From Pelomyxa schiedti (lineage: Eukaryota > Protista > Evosea), in NCBI GenBank assembly GCA_020536535.1, contig JAHLWZ010000264.1, forward strand, positions 1 through 58,745: DNA of 58,745 bases, in the 5' to 3' direction. The notes beneath the pieces were generated by a model, which saw nothing but the letters and a program-made list of their open reading frames with translations, was not told the origin of the DNA and ran no database searches. A program made the position numbers and the translations under genes. This document shows, one piece after another, positions 21,988 to 34,995 of the stretch; positions within the stretch are counted from its first letter, which is position 1; each line of letters starts with the position of its first letter.

Positions 21988-22571
21988 TCAGGTGTGGGTC
22001 GGTTCCACAGGGTCGGATTTGCCAAAGAAAATGTTGACGAGGGCTGCGGCACCCACAACCAGCTGTTTGTGTTTGTGTTGCACGTCAGGATCAAAAGGGT
22101 TGTGAGGATTGAACACATACACATCCAATGGACAAAATGAACTCCCCAGCAATGGTGGCATTCACCGCGTCTGCGCAACCAGGGTCTGCCATCTTTGAAC
22201 AGATCCTCATGGCGTTGATTGAGTCAAAGAATGGCCACGTGAATCCCGTGAGGCCAAACATTGCAGCCTGTGTGTTGTTGTTGTTGTAAGCGATATCAAT
22301 TAGAGGGTACAACTAGTAGACGTACACCCATAAACATTGGTTTAGTGTTCGCAACTGAGCCGACTATCAAAAACATGGTGGACACGAAAACCAAAGCATC
22401 TAATTCGAGGTATGTTCCGTAGTACCCACCAGCGGCCAGGGCGCATCGTGCCAGTAGCAGACCCGCCTGTGTGTGTTGAAATATGCACTCGGTTGGCTTC
22501 GTTGATTATTATTGAAAGCGCACCCATGCACCCGTGCACGCGATAACGTTAACAAGCAATGGTAGTGCCAT
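21988..22571 (-). CDS. Small 4-TM membrane protein, tandem paralog A (3 introns)
   Basis: MALPLLVNVIACTGAW|AGLLLARCALAAG...LDALVFVSTMFLIVG...|AAMFGLTGFTWPFFD...|LVVGAAALVNIFFGKSDPVEPTHT*. Confidence 0.8.
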
Positions 22572-22956
22572 CGTCTTTCGCTCGTTTTTCGTCCCGCGAA
22601 TCGTTAATTTTTATTTTTTTTCGCTCTTCAAGAGGAACTTCAAGGAGTTTCCTTTTGGAGTCCAAACTGCCGCCGTTTATCTACAAGTGTTCTACTTTGA
22701 AAGAATCAAAGGCATTGTGCATCAAGGTTTGCGAAATATCTATGCAACCCCACGTCGTCCCGCCGCCCCCTCGCCTACTGTCGCCGGCAGCTCGTACGTG
22801 TACCGCGCCGTCGCCCCATCCCCATGTCGCGCGGCAAGCATTTTCATTGGACACTACCCCACAAAGCCTTTGGCGGAAATTACGATTTTTTTGATGATGC
22901 ACGGAAAATACAAAGTGGAGAATTCCCACAAGTAACAACCAAGGAGGCGTGGGGGA

Positions 22957-24161
22957 ATGGTGAAAGTGAGTTGTGGGTTCGTGTCCAACTCGTCGTCAGT
23001 CACGTACTTTATGATGTGGGTCGGTGTTGATGAGCCACCGAAAGACCCGTGCACTCGATGGGTCGGAGTATCGACTCTGGCCGAGGAGCTCAGAGGTTTC
23101 CCGGGCGCGGATGCACTCCACGTGTGCCTTGTGTTTATGCTTGCAGTCGACTGCGTAACTTTTTTTATCTCGGGAAACAGTTTCCTGGGGAAAGTGAATG
23201 CAAGAGGCATTACGATACAACGTGGTTCCCCTGCTCAGACGATGGGGAACATTTTTTGTGCCACACATGTATGAGCAACTGGGATGAGTGGATTGCAAAA
23301 ATCAAGCCATGGGTACAATCCAAAAGGATGAAAGAACCCAGTGCCAGCTTTGGTGACCGCAGTTCCACCATGGAAACTGGAGCAACTACAACTACGGCAT
23401 TAGCCTATGATTTGCCGGTGGGTGTAATGTCGAAATTTCCTATTCCGTTTTTTAATTGAAATTGCAGCCCCGAGAACCTGGCGAACGTACACATGAACTA
23501 AGCCGAGACATACTTGTCAGAATATTCAGGTTCAATATCACCCGAGAGTGGTCAGCCACTTTTCGATTAGATCGCGAGGTTCTGAAAGCCACCAAGGACT
23601 TGATTTCAGCCTCTGCCGTGTGCAAATTGTGTGTCTATTCACCATAAATGAATGTTATTTTGCCCTCTAACCCACCGCCAATAGATGGCGAGAAGTGGCT
23701 CTTGATGAAGAACTGTGGTTTGAGGTTGTAAAAATAAGTGCCGTTCAAAAGTTCCTGCCTGGATGGTACGTACCGCCCGTCCACAGATGCAAATACCAAA
23801 CGCAATATATAATAACATATATTCTGACACACTCAACATAAACAGGTGGGAAGACACAGAACAACAGGCGCGATTCTCACACCTTGAACACATCACAAGT
23901 TGCAGAGAACTTGCCCTCAGAATATCTAAAATGCATGTGGCCTTCAGCCTCCGTGTTGAAGCTGGGGATCTCACACCAGGTTTTGATGATGTTATCAGGA
24001 AGTGGGACTTTGACGACACCACACATGAGAACCTTGCTGAGGTTTTGAGAGGACACACCACTGGTGCAATCGTTGTTGGGCAGGGTTATGACAGTGATGT
24101 AGAACACTGGAAGGCAATGTACAGTGATGCAATACTGATAGGTAAACACAAGAGAAGGTGA
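22957..24161 (+). CDS. F-box-like protein with an N-terminal GFVSNSSS/Cys-His domain, copy A (4 introns)
   Basis: MVKVSCGFVSNSSSVTYF...|FPGESECKRH...LCHTCMSNWDEW...|LSRDILVRIFRFN...DLISASAVCKL|WREVALDEELW. The last part fits the F-box consensus LxxEILxxIFxxL...DL...VCKxWR.VA.D..LW. Confidence 0.8.
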
Positions 24162-24547
24162 TTTTGTATTTTGTGTTTTGGACTCATAAAACAAGTAATT
24201 GAGGAATGGATTTCCAAGGGGCAGGAGGTTGTGCGGTTGTGGCTCTATCTGCATGAGGCCAAACCCCCATGATTTAGGGTTTACTGGTCACGCGCATCAC
24301 ACCAAGCCACACAGCATCACAACCCACAAAGCCCACAAAAGTCTATAATGACTGTAGGCACTGGCACTTTACCGGGGCCGATCCAGCACCGCAGTCACTG
24401 TGTGAGTGTTAGGAAGGAGTAAGGAGGCAAAGGGAGCTATAAGTGACTACCCAGAAACAGGGTTCAAATAAAATAATAAATATATTAATCTCCATTTCAG
24501 GGTAAATAATAGAACGCCACCCATAATATACAATTTGCATACCAATA

Positions 24548-27500
24548 TGAGCCTCATCCGGGACCATCAATGGGGCCCAAGTCATGCCCAGAGTGGCACT
24601 TTGCCGCGCACGACAGGCACACGCACGTGGAGTCGTCGCCAGGCCAACAGGTATTGCATGTCACGTAGTTCTGTTCTCGAATTCAGTAACTTGTCATATT
24701 CCCATAATAATCGGGAACAGAACAGACGCCACTACCACCACGACACCAACATGGGTACCTGTCTTATGGGGAGGCGTTGCTTCACGACGAAGGTGCAGAT
24801 GCCCCGGTCCAGTGCGTCGACGACGCGTGGGTCCATGAACTCCCGAAGCTCGGATGGGGGTGCACGCCCGCACTCGCTGCTCGGCGCTATTATGGGTTGC
24901 GTGGTAGTACTCGCTTCTGGCGAGGGGACGCTGTGTGGTTGGCCCACCGGTGGGCCAGTGTCGTCGCCCATCACCGATTGATCTGATTGCAGATTCAAAT
25001 ACTCACCGAACTGTCGGCGACCTGGGTGCCCAACCGTTACAACCAGCGCTGTTCTCTCGTTAAAGAGAGGATCAAGCTTTCCTGCTCTGAGCCAGAGTCT
25101 CATCACCAAGGCTTGACTTCCGAGAATCGGCTTCCGCAGTTGTGGTTTTTTTTTCAAAAGCAAGCCGAAAGGGCGTCTCATTCGTTTGGTCCCAATACAT
25201 ACATGCAGCCGTCGTCAACAGCATTGGGGTCAGGGTCAATGTCGACAGTTGTTGCTTCGTTGACGAGGCAGAGGGACTCGTTGGAGCAGGAGGTGGCCGC
25301 CCTCAAACGCGACCTCAAGGCGAGTCCCCACTTTTCATGACAAGTTTCCCCCTCCTTTCTTTTTTTGGGTAGATTGACATATTCATAAATAAATTATTTA
25401 TTCTAATAATAATTAGGACGAAAGCAGGGAAAGAGACCTTCTGGACCAAAAGACAAGTGACCAGGAGAGGAAGATCAGGCAGCTTGAACGAAAGTAAGTA
25501 GTGTTCTTCATTAATCATAAATTTTTTTCTTGGGGTTACCAACCTTGTTTCCTACTAGGATCGCTGATATTCAAGACCAGCTACAGCATGAATCTAGTGA
25601 AAGAGATGCTCTGGAACGACTGGCTGGAGATGCTGATAGGGCCAAAAGACAGGTATAACAATTTGTTGGAATTGCACGATTTGTTGGCTCACATTAGGTT
25701 GTTTAGCTTGAAATGCAAGTTGCTCAAATGTCCAGAAACGTGACTTCCTTGCAGATAGAGTCAAATAAGTTCCGAGATGATCGCCTGGCACTAAAAAAAC
25801 GGATGGATGGTGATAGTTTTTCTATTGATTCTTCCATGTACTTACCTCCTCAAAGAACAAAGAATAGCCAACGAGAAAGAGTTGGATGATTTGAGAGACC
25901 AACTTAGGTGCGTTATTCTTTTTTACACAATCGCTTAATGGGCATAGAAAGGAGAAACGGACTGTGAAAGAATACCAATTCAAATTAGATGAAGAGAAAG
26001 ATGACGCACGAACACAACTGAGTCGTGTCCAAAACCAATTGAAGAGGTTTCTTGCCAACGCTTGTTTTAAGGAATACTTATTCTGAATAGAGAAAACAAT
26101 AGACTAGCACAGAAACTGGACATGGTTGAAACTGAGGCCAAGTCATTGCGAGCACAAGTCCGGGCATCAACTCTGACAACGGCCGCTTCTGGTCCTCTCT
26201 GTACCTTCTTCTTTCCCTGTGAACCAATATTCCTCAGATCCCCGCAAAGCCCTGGAGCAAGCTTTGAAGGAAAAAATAGATCTAGAGACTCAAAAAAGCG
26301 CTTTGAGTGTTGAAAATACCCAGCTTAAGGTATTTTTAAAAATACAAACCACTCTTATTTTTATAGGAACAATTATTGGAAGTGCAAGCTGTTAATGCTA
26401 CAATTTCAGAGGAGAAAAAAAATGCTGACTTGCAAATAAAGGTATATATTGGTCTTCACTCACATTCTTCTGATATAAACTAATCAAGGCGCTGGCTGAA
26501 CAAATTGAAGAAGAAAAAATGAAACTTGTCAAGTTTGAGCAGTCTTTCAAGTACCACTTTTTGCACATCTGCCATCCTTACATCTAAAAGGCAAATGGAA
26601 ACTGATCTCGCTGAAGCAAATACCATTCGTACAACACTCCTGCAGGACAATGCTGCAAAAGAGTCGAAGATTATACAAGAACTTAAGCAAAATGTACGTT
26701 TTCTTCTGGTTGGCCTTTGATAATGAATACGCAGATAGTGGATCTTGAAAAAGAGAAAAAAGATATCTCTGACACTGCTCAACATCTTGATGACCAACTA
26801 ACTGAATGTCATGAGCAACTTGAGCATGATCAACAACAAATTCAGGGAATGACAGATCAGGTATCGCCAATAAAAAAGAGCACTGGGATAGTGTATGACT
26901 CAATTCCAGATTGCAGAATGGCAACAAAAAGTTATAGAGGCAAACGTGTCACTAACCGAATTAAATGACGAAAAACGGTTCTTTCTTCGTTTCTTGCCTG
27001 CTACCCTCACCTTCCACAGACACATGGAATTATTGCTGCAAGAGACTGAGCAACAACTCACACAGAAAGTAGCTGAACTCGAAACAATTAAAAATTCCAA
27101 GCACACAGATTCAACTGCAGAAAGCATTCCCTCCAGCGCTCTTGAAGAAATTCAAAATCTGCAAAATGCCCTGAGAACATCTGGAACTCTTGCACAACAG
27201 CGTAATGATCTCATTCAAGAGGAACTGGCAAAAGAAAAGCTTGCCACTGAACTTCTGCTGCAGAAAAACGATGCTCTGCACCAACAAATAGTTGAATTGG
27301 AATCATCTCAAAGTGAGTCCCAGAAATTCCGGGAGAGATGTGAATCATTGGGAGCTGAACTGGATCGTACCAATACCCTTGTTTGCACTCTGCAAGACCG
27401 TTGTAACTCACTTGAGCTGCAATCTCAAGAGCTTATCAGCACCAGTGAGAACCAGAAGCAGACTATACAGCAACTCCAAGTCCTCAATAAGCAATACGAA

Positions 27501-30500
27501 GAAGACACCAAATCTTTCACCCAAAAACTTTTAGACACTGAGCAGCAACAATTATCATTGCAAACATGCATAGATAACCTGACTATTACAAAAGCTGAGC
27601 TGGAACGAACAAACAAAACCAAGTCCCAATTACTCATTGAAGCGGAAAAATCTGCAGAAATTGCGAAAACCACTATAGCCAGTTTAGAAAGGGATCTAGA
27701 TACTGCACTTGCCAAGGTGATGACATCCTGGAATGGTTTGCCTTACTGATAAATATAGGTTCTGGAAACACAACAAGCACACCGAAAAGTATCCGAAGAC
27801 TTGAGAAATACCAATCTAAAAGTAGTAGCTCAACATACAAAGATTATTTCTCTTGAAAAAGATGTTACTGCAAAAGTATTCCCCTTGTTTATGCATGATG
27901 AATATCACATGAAGTACTAGGTCCAAGAAATGGAAGTCGAAAGATTGGCTCACCAGAAAACGAGAAATGAGTTGAAAGAAATCACAACAGCTTTTGCCTC
28001 TCTGAAGAAGCAAAACAGTTCCGCTGAGGAGGTACCCTCCTTTTTCTTTTTCACACAATGACATTGCAGGAAGAAAATAGTCGAACTTGAAGAAGCTGCG
28101 GCAGCACAAACACTGCAACTAGAGACACTAACAAATCAAGTTAAAGATGCAGCACAAATGCACAAGGACTCCAATGCAGCCAATTTAACGATAAAGAGGT
28201 ATCCTCATATAACCTAATTTAAGTTTAATTATTGCAAGACTGGAAGGTGAAGTGACCCAGATGAAACAAGAGTTACAAGATGCCACCTCGAAACATGAAC
28301 AAGAGACTGTGAGATTCAAATCAACCCTCGGGCAACTTGAAGTAAACTGCTTGATATTAGTTGGCGATTTCACCCTCTCTCAGGAAAATTTGCGCCAGTC
28401 ACAAGCAAAGGTTGAGGATATCAACTCAGAGTCATTGAAACGGATGGCGGAAATCCAATCTCTTACCTCAACAAATTCGTCTCTTCAAGAAACAATTTCT
28501 GGTCTGAGATCTCAACTCAGGTCTCTAAACTCTCAACTGGCGGCAAAGGCCTCAGAAGTCATGCTCCTTCAGGAAAACCTGTGTATGCCCCTTTTTTCTT
28601 TATTGATTTGACACTTTCATTTAGCCGAGCATAAGTTACAAAGGGAATCTTCTTCTGCAGTTAGCACTTTCTTCCATTTGCTCCAACCTTAACCAATTTA
28701 GAATGATATGGCTTTGCAAAATAACTTCAATAAATTACAAGACCAAAACATTGAACTAAACAAACAATTATCTGAGCTTACACAGTCACTGCACGAAGTG
28801 GAATCTGTAGGGATTATCTGGCTCTCCCTTTTCCTTAACAGTCACCCAGGAATCGAGGAATGCCAAGCAACAAAACGAAAGCCTCATTTCCCAACTAAAG
28901 CAAGAACTACAAATTTCAGTGGGTCAGAATACTCAACTATCCACCAGCAACAACACTCTTAAGAAAGAGCTGGCCCAGACTCACCAAAAAGTCCAAGGTT
29001 GCATAAATTCTCATCACCATTCTTTTTCTTCCCATGGTAATATAGACCTTGAGGAGGAGTTAGAGCTCCATAAAGATGCTCTTTCTCACTTGAAGAATAC
29101 GATTGCTCAAAATGCACAAAAAATTGCGCTTCTTACCTCCGAAAAAGAAAGTGATTCAAATCAATATGATGCACTGGAATCCAAGGTAAGCCCAATATAT
29201 TCCCAGTAAACTCACACAATGCAAGTGGCTTTCATACAAAAGCTCTATGGAACAAAAGCTCTCCAATGAAACACAGGCCAAGATTAGTGCAGAGGCAAAT
29301 TCAAAAAAACTGCTACTCCAAATTGATGACCTATCAAACCAAATTAAAACTTGCAAAGTAGAAACCCCAGGTTTTTACATGGCTCATTGCACATAGGAAA
29401 CTGCCCATTCCGAAATGGAAGATTTAAAAGACAAATCGGACCTTGAGATTAAAAAATTACGACTGCAGATTGATACTCTGCAACTACAACTCAGCAGCGC
29501 CAAGGTTAAAGAATCGTAATAACAAATTTGGTCAAACAGTTATTAGGAAGCTGTTTCCTCAAACACTGAATCTATGGACTCTCAGTTAAAAGATAGCCTC
29601 TCCAGAGAAGCCCAGCAAAGAGCAGAAATTAATACACTTCGAGCTAATATGGAGACAGCTTACTCCGAACAAAAACTTCAGATATCAAAATTGCAGCAAC
29701 AGCTTGATAGTCAAATTTCGGAACATGAAAAGCAGTTAGCACAGATGCAGCAGGAACAAGAGAAAAAGCTTCACCTACTTCAACAGCAATATGAAAGCCA
29801 AACTATGCAACTCAAACAACAAAAGGACCAACAGTTGCTTCAAATGAAGCAACAAAATGAGCAGGAAATATCCATATTTCGGCAAGCAGCAACCATCCTT
29901 GAGAATCAAAATGTGAAACTCAAAGAGCAATATGAGGCACAAGTCTCTCAGCTTCAGCAACGACTTGCCATCTCCTCTAGTCAAATTAAACAGTGTGAAG
30001 GGGAAGTTTCACAGTTGAAGCAAAAGCTTGCAGATACTGCGCAAAGACCTACTAATGAGGACAACCAAATACAAAAACGAGAAATGGAGCTTCTGAAACA
30101 ACAACTTGCCACCTCAAAAGCTGCATCCGAGTTAGAGGCCGCGGACCTAAAGAACCAGATTCAAGACATGAAGTAGTTGCTTGGTCCATTGTTTTTATCT
30201 CAGAATACTTCAGGAAAGAGTTGTCCACTGTCAAGTCGAATATATCCCCAGCCACTTCTGTGGAGACTGAAAGACTGAAGAAGGTCACCAACGTTTTCCT
30301 GAAATTCTTTCACTCAAATCTCTTCTTAGGAGGTTGACCTCCTGAGAAGTGAAAAACAAGAACTGTTGCACCGAATTGTTGTATCCGAGTCTGCAGCCGC
30401 CATTCCTCAGGTTGCACAAACCAAAAATCCAGAAACTGCTGAGGAACCCAGTGGAGAAATGAGTGTTCTGGATGCAGCGTTGTCTTCTGCAAAAGTTCAC

Positions 30501-33500
30501 CCCCTTAGCACTATCAGGAGACCAGGTAGATTCAGACTCTAACTGACTTTACATTTTAATTCCTTGTTCAAGGAAAGAAACCTCATCCAGTAGCACCGAA
30601 TGCCTCTGCCCCTGTAAGTTCACCCATACCAGCCGTGGTCCCCGGTCCTGTTGCCACAGTCGCTCCACAATCACGACTTCTGGAAATGGATGCTGTGTCT
30701 GTACTGCCAAAAGGGGTGACAGCACAAAGTCTTGTAAAGAAATTAGCATCAACATCTACTGCACCAAAAGAGGAGAAACGCGGGAAGCTCATCCAACTTA
30801 AGGTTTGACACATTCTTGAAATTCCTATTGACTTCATTACAGGGAAGAAGAAGAATACGCTCACTTGTTGTTGACACCGCCGCTAAATCTCTCAATTCTG
30901 GCGATGTATTTCTCTTTGATGTTGGGGACAGGTATTTATCCACACTATTTCTGCCAAATCAATGGCTGCAGGATTTTCCAGTGGAACGGGTCCAAATGCA
31001 ATAGGCTGGAGAGATCAAAGGGAGTTGATCTCACAAATAAAATTAACAGGTGAAAAAAGTTCCAGTTTTCTGCTCTGATACAAAGTAGGACCCGAGGCGG
31101 TAGAGCAAAAGTTATCACACTTGATGAAGGAGATAATGACAACCCTGAGACCTTCAATTTTTGGAAAGAGCTGGGTGGTATGTTATCTAAGCCTGTCTAA
31201 ATAGCCCTTACACCTCCAGGACGAAAGGAAGACGTACAATCGGCAGAAGCAGGTGGTGATGATGCCGACTACGAAGCAAAGGCGGATGAAATGAACAAAC
31301 TATTCCTGTAAAATACTTCATTCATGTAGTAATCTCATGGGAAAAGGGTTGGTGAGGATGGACAGCTAGAGCAAGTCGAAGGGAAGCTTGTGGTGGAAAA
31401 GCTGAGCCCATCAGAGTGCTACATTCTGGACTGCTTGTATGTGAACCCGAAAATGGAATTATACCTAAAATACGTACACAGTGGAGAGATCTATGTCTTC
31501 ATTGGGAAAACCTCCCCTAGTGGGAGAAGAAATGATGCACTTTCAGCGGCTAACAACATACTAAACTCCGAACGTGCTTCAAGGTAATACTGGCCAAAAA
31601 AAAATCCTTCTTACTGTTTTTCAGGCCTCCTTGCTGTGAAGTTGTACGATGCAACCAGGTTTGAGACCTCATTACACCCTTCCAGTAACAGTAAGGCGTG
31701 ACTTCCTTTAGGGAGGAGAAAGTGTTCTGTTTTGTGAAAAATTCGCTAACTGGCCAGAAAATTTGAATACACAAGTTCAGGCTTCAGTTTCCCGCATTCC
31801 CGCTTCAAAACCACAGGTACGCAAAACAAGTTCCCTGCCGTCTCTTACTCTAATAGGGAAAAATCAACATCGAAAATTTACTCCTTCTTGAACCCCCAGA
31901 AAAGCAAAGAGATGTCGATCGCGGTGATGGCACAATTGAGGTCTGGGTTGTGTCTGGCTCTGGGAAGGTAATAAGCAAAGTGACTTGTTTTCCATGTGAT
32001 AGTGTAAAGGATCCAGTGGACAGCTCGCAATATGGGCAGTTCTTCTCTCAACATAGTTACGTGATTCTCTATACATATGGGGATATATCCGACCGCTCGT
32101 ATATTCTTTACTTCTGGCAGGTAGGATTTGGCAAGGCATTTCCATCTATTTACGTATATAGGGTGCTGATTCCACACCAACTGATTCTGGAACAAGTGCT
32201 GCCTTAGCACTTAATATGAGTAAAAGGTACAAAGGAGCTTCTCAGATAAGAGTGCCCCAACATGGAGAGCAGTCTCACTTTTGTAAGATATTCAAGGTTG
32301 GTTATTTGAAAAATGTATCCCTTCCCAACATTGCCATGCAGGGCTGCATTATAGTCCACCGGGGACCTCAACGTCGGGCATTTTCTGGAATGCATATGTA
32401 TCACGTTAGGGGTCAGGATATGACAAACACCACCATCATTGAGATAGAGCCAGTATTAATTTACTCTTCTGATTGCCTTTCTAACAAACCAAGAACGGTC
32501 ATGCGTTGAATTCTCGAGATGTATTTATAGTAATTAACAGTACACCCACAACCTCATCTGCCTGGATCTGGAAGGGACAGCTAGCATCCTCGTTTTGTTC
32601 AGAAGTGGCAAACGTTGCTGTTGCAAAACTTTTGGTAACTCTCGAACTAAGTGCATAAGAACTCACTTTAACTGTTAAAGCCTGGTGTTACAAGTAACAC
32701 AGTTTCTGAGGAGAGTGAAACCGAAGAATTTTGGGCTGCTATTGGTGGAAAGCCTGACCAGTATGGCAAATCACTTGAAGTAGCGAGACAGAGGTTGTTC
32801 TTGTTTTCCACTAGAACAGGAAATTTATCTGTGAGCGCTATTTCCCAGACAGCCATTATTACTTACTTGTTGAACAGGTTGAGCCACAGTGGATATTTAG
32901 TCAGTATGACCTCCGCAGTGACATAATGGGGTTGCTTGATGCCTGGAACGTTGTATTCCTTTGGTGTGGAGCCAAGTCCAAACCCACTGACAGGAAGTTT
33001 GGCCTTGAAACGGCAATGGTTGGTACCAAACCCAAGTTTCTGCTCTTCTTACAATCCACCAAGGACTACGCACAATATGTTCAAGGAATGGAACCAGATA
33101 GAGGTAAAGTGGAGGTTCTTTCAGTCAATGAAGGGGAGGAACCCATTACATTCACAAGTTGCTTCCACGCATGGAGGTATTCAGCTCCGGCATTGGCCAC
33201 AAAGCCCGGACCCTATCAGACTGCAATAAAGGCTTCCACCAGCACCACTTCCAGTCCCACACTTCGGACTAGAACCAGTGTTTCGGCATCAGAAGCACTG
33301 CAGGAATTCCATAAGACCTATACCTATGCGCAATTGCAAGATAGAAACAAGCTACCACCCACTGTGGATAAGAGCAAGTTAGAGGTAAAAATGTCCCCTT
33401 CACTGAAAGTACCCCTCAATGATCCCACAGACCTACCTCTCTGATGAAGAATTCCAAATAGTGTTTAAGATGACAAAGGCGGAATGGGACAAAGTGGAAG

Positions 33501-33544
33501 CGTGGAAGAAACCACAGAAGAAAAAGGATGCAAACTTGTTTTAA
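24548..33544 (+). CDS. Very large coiled-coil + villin/gelsolin protein (five gelsolin repeats, G2-G6-like, and a villin headpiece); dozens of introns; 5' end uncertain (24548-25240)
   Basis: Heptad-rich E/Q/K/L exons at ~25200-30400 splice in frame via a Pro-rich linker to KLIQLK|GRRRIRSLVV...SLNSGDVFLFD...IFQWNG; LSPSECYILD; YGQFFSQHSYVILYTY; LNSRDVFIV; QYDLRSDIMGLLDAWNVVFLWCG. Headpiece: YLSDEEFQIVFKMTKAEWDKVEAWKKPQKKKDANLF*. Confidence 0.88.
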
Positions 33545-33588
33545 TATTACTACACAGTAAATGATAATATTCTAAAAAAATCTCACAC

Positions 33589-34895
33589 TCATTCCCGGCT
33601 GTTTGAATTATGTTTACCTATCACGATTGAAGGTGTATCCCAATACATTGCCATCCACGGCTGCTCTGGTTCTGGTTCCCTCTCATAGCCATGCCCAACA
33701 ATGATCGTTCCACTGGTTTGTTCTCTCAAAACCGCAGCAAGGTTCTCATGTGTGGGTTTGTCAAAGTGCCCCTGAATGACTTCACGGAAGCGCGGTATGA
33801 GCTCTCCAGCTTCAACGCGGAGTTTCCAGGCCATTTCCATTTTAGATATTCTGAGGGCAAGTTCTCTGCAACTTGTGATGTGTTCAAGGTGTGAGAATCG
33901 TGCTTGTTGTTCTGTGTCTTCCCACCTGCGTATCACATGTTTATGAGTGTGTCAGAATTGAGATATAGGTTTGTGTGCATACCATCCAGGCAGGAACCTC
34001 TGAACCACGCTTTCTTTTACAACATCAGACCACAGTTCTTCATCCAGAGCCACTTCTCGCCATCTGGGTGCACTGAGTTCGAGAGTAGGCAAACAGAATG
34101 AGGAACAGACACACAATTTGCACACGGCAGAGGCTGAAATCAAGTTCTTGGTGGTTTTCAGAACCTCGCAATCTAATTGGGGAGTTTCCGACCACTCTCC
34201 GGTGATATTGAACTTGAATATTCTTACCAGTATGTCTCGGCTTAGTTCAGGTGTTGTTTCACAAGCTCCTCCGCTCTGGGTTGCCACTTTAGCGGGAGCG
34301 CGGGGGGAAAGGAACATACCACAACATGAGGCAAACCAGAGGCTGATCCCACCAGTGCACTGGCATAGGGTCCTTTCGTCCTTTTGGATTGCACCCAACG
34401 CTTGATTACAGCAATCCACTCGTCCCAGTTGCTCATACACGCGCTGCACAAGTAATTCTCACCATCGACTGTTGGGTGGTACTTGTTATTGAAATGCCTT
34501 AAGCATTTGGATTCTCCCGGATACTGAAAAACAGTCAATAAAGAAACTTACGGCTTATATGGCTAATAATAGAGTTATAAGTAAAAACTGACTAGAGTGC
34601 GGGTTAAGAAAAAAAAAAGAAAGGCAAACTACGGCACCGCACGGACCGCAAACAGACTTTGAGGGTAGCCTCACTTCAATTCTAGACATTAATGACATGA
34701 CACCAGAGATGTAACACACATACATACATCAAGCGCATCCACGCCCGGGAAACCTCTGAGCTCCTCGGCCAGAGTCGATACTCCGACCCATTGTGTCCGT
34801 GCATCAACTGGCGGCGGGTCATCAACACCGACCCACATCATAAAGTACGTGACTGACGACGAGTTGGACACGAACCCACAACTCACTTTCACCAT
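33589..34895 (-). CDS. F-box-like protein with an N-terminal GFVSNSSS/Cys-His domain, copy B (inverted paralog)
   Basis: MVKVSCGFVSNSSSVTYF...|YPGESKCLRH...LCSACMSNWDEW...|LSRDILVRIFKFN...ISASAVCKL|WREVALDEELW...|WEDTEQQARFSHLEH. Intron positions match copy A. Confidence 0.8.
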
Positions 34896-34995
34896 TCCCC
34901 CGCGCCTTGGTTTGCTTGTGGGAACGTCGTTTCAAACACAACAAAAAGCCTTACTCGAAATCAAATCAAAAATTTCGAAGAACTAGTCAAGTTAG

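Noticed and set aside
28199-28240. GTATCCTC donor resembling a U12-type intron (similar donor in the LRR gene near 6553)
   Set aside because: Not the full RTATCCTT consensus, and there is no TCCTTAAC branch site.
22940-34915. Composite DNA transposon carrying the villin gene between inverted repeats
   Set aside because: The inverted repeats are intact, intron-containing F-box genes. No transposase, terminal motif or TSD seen.
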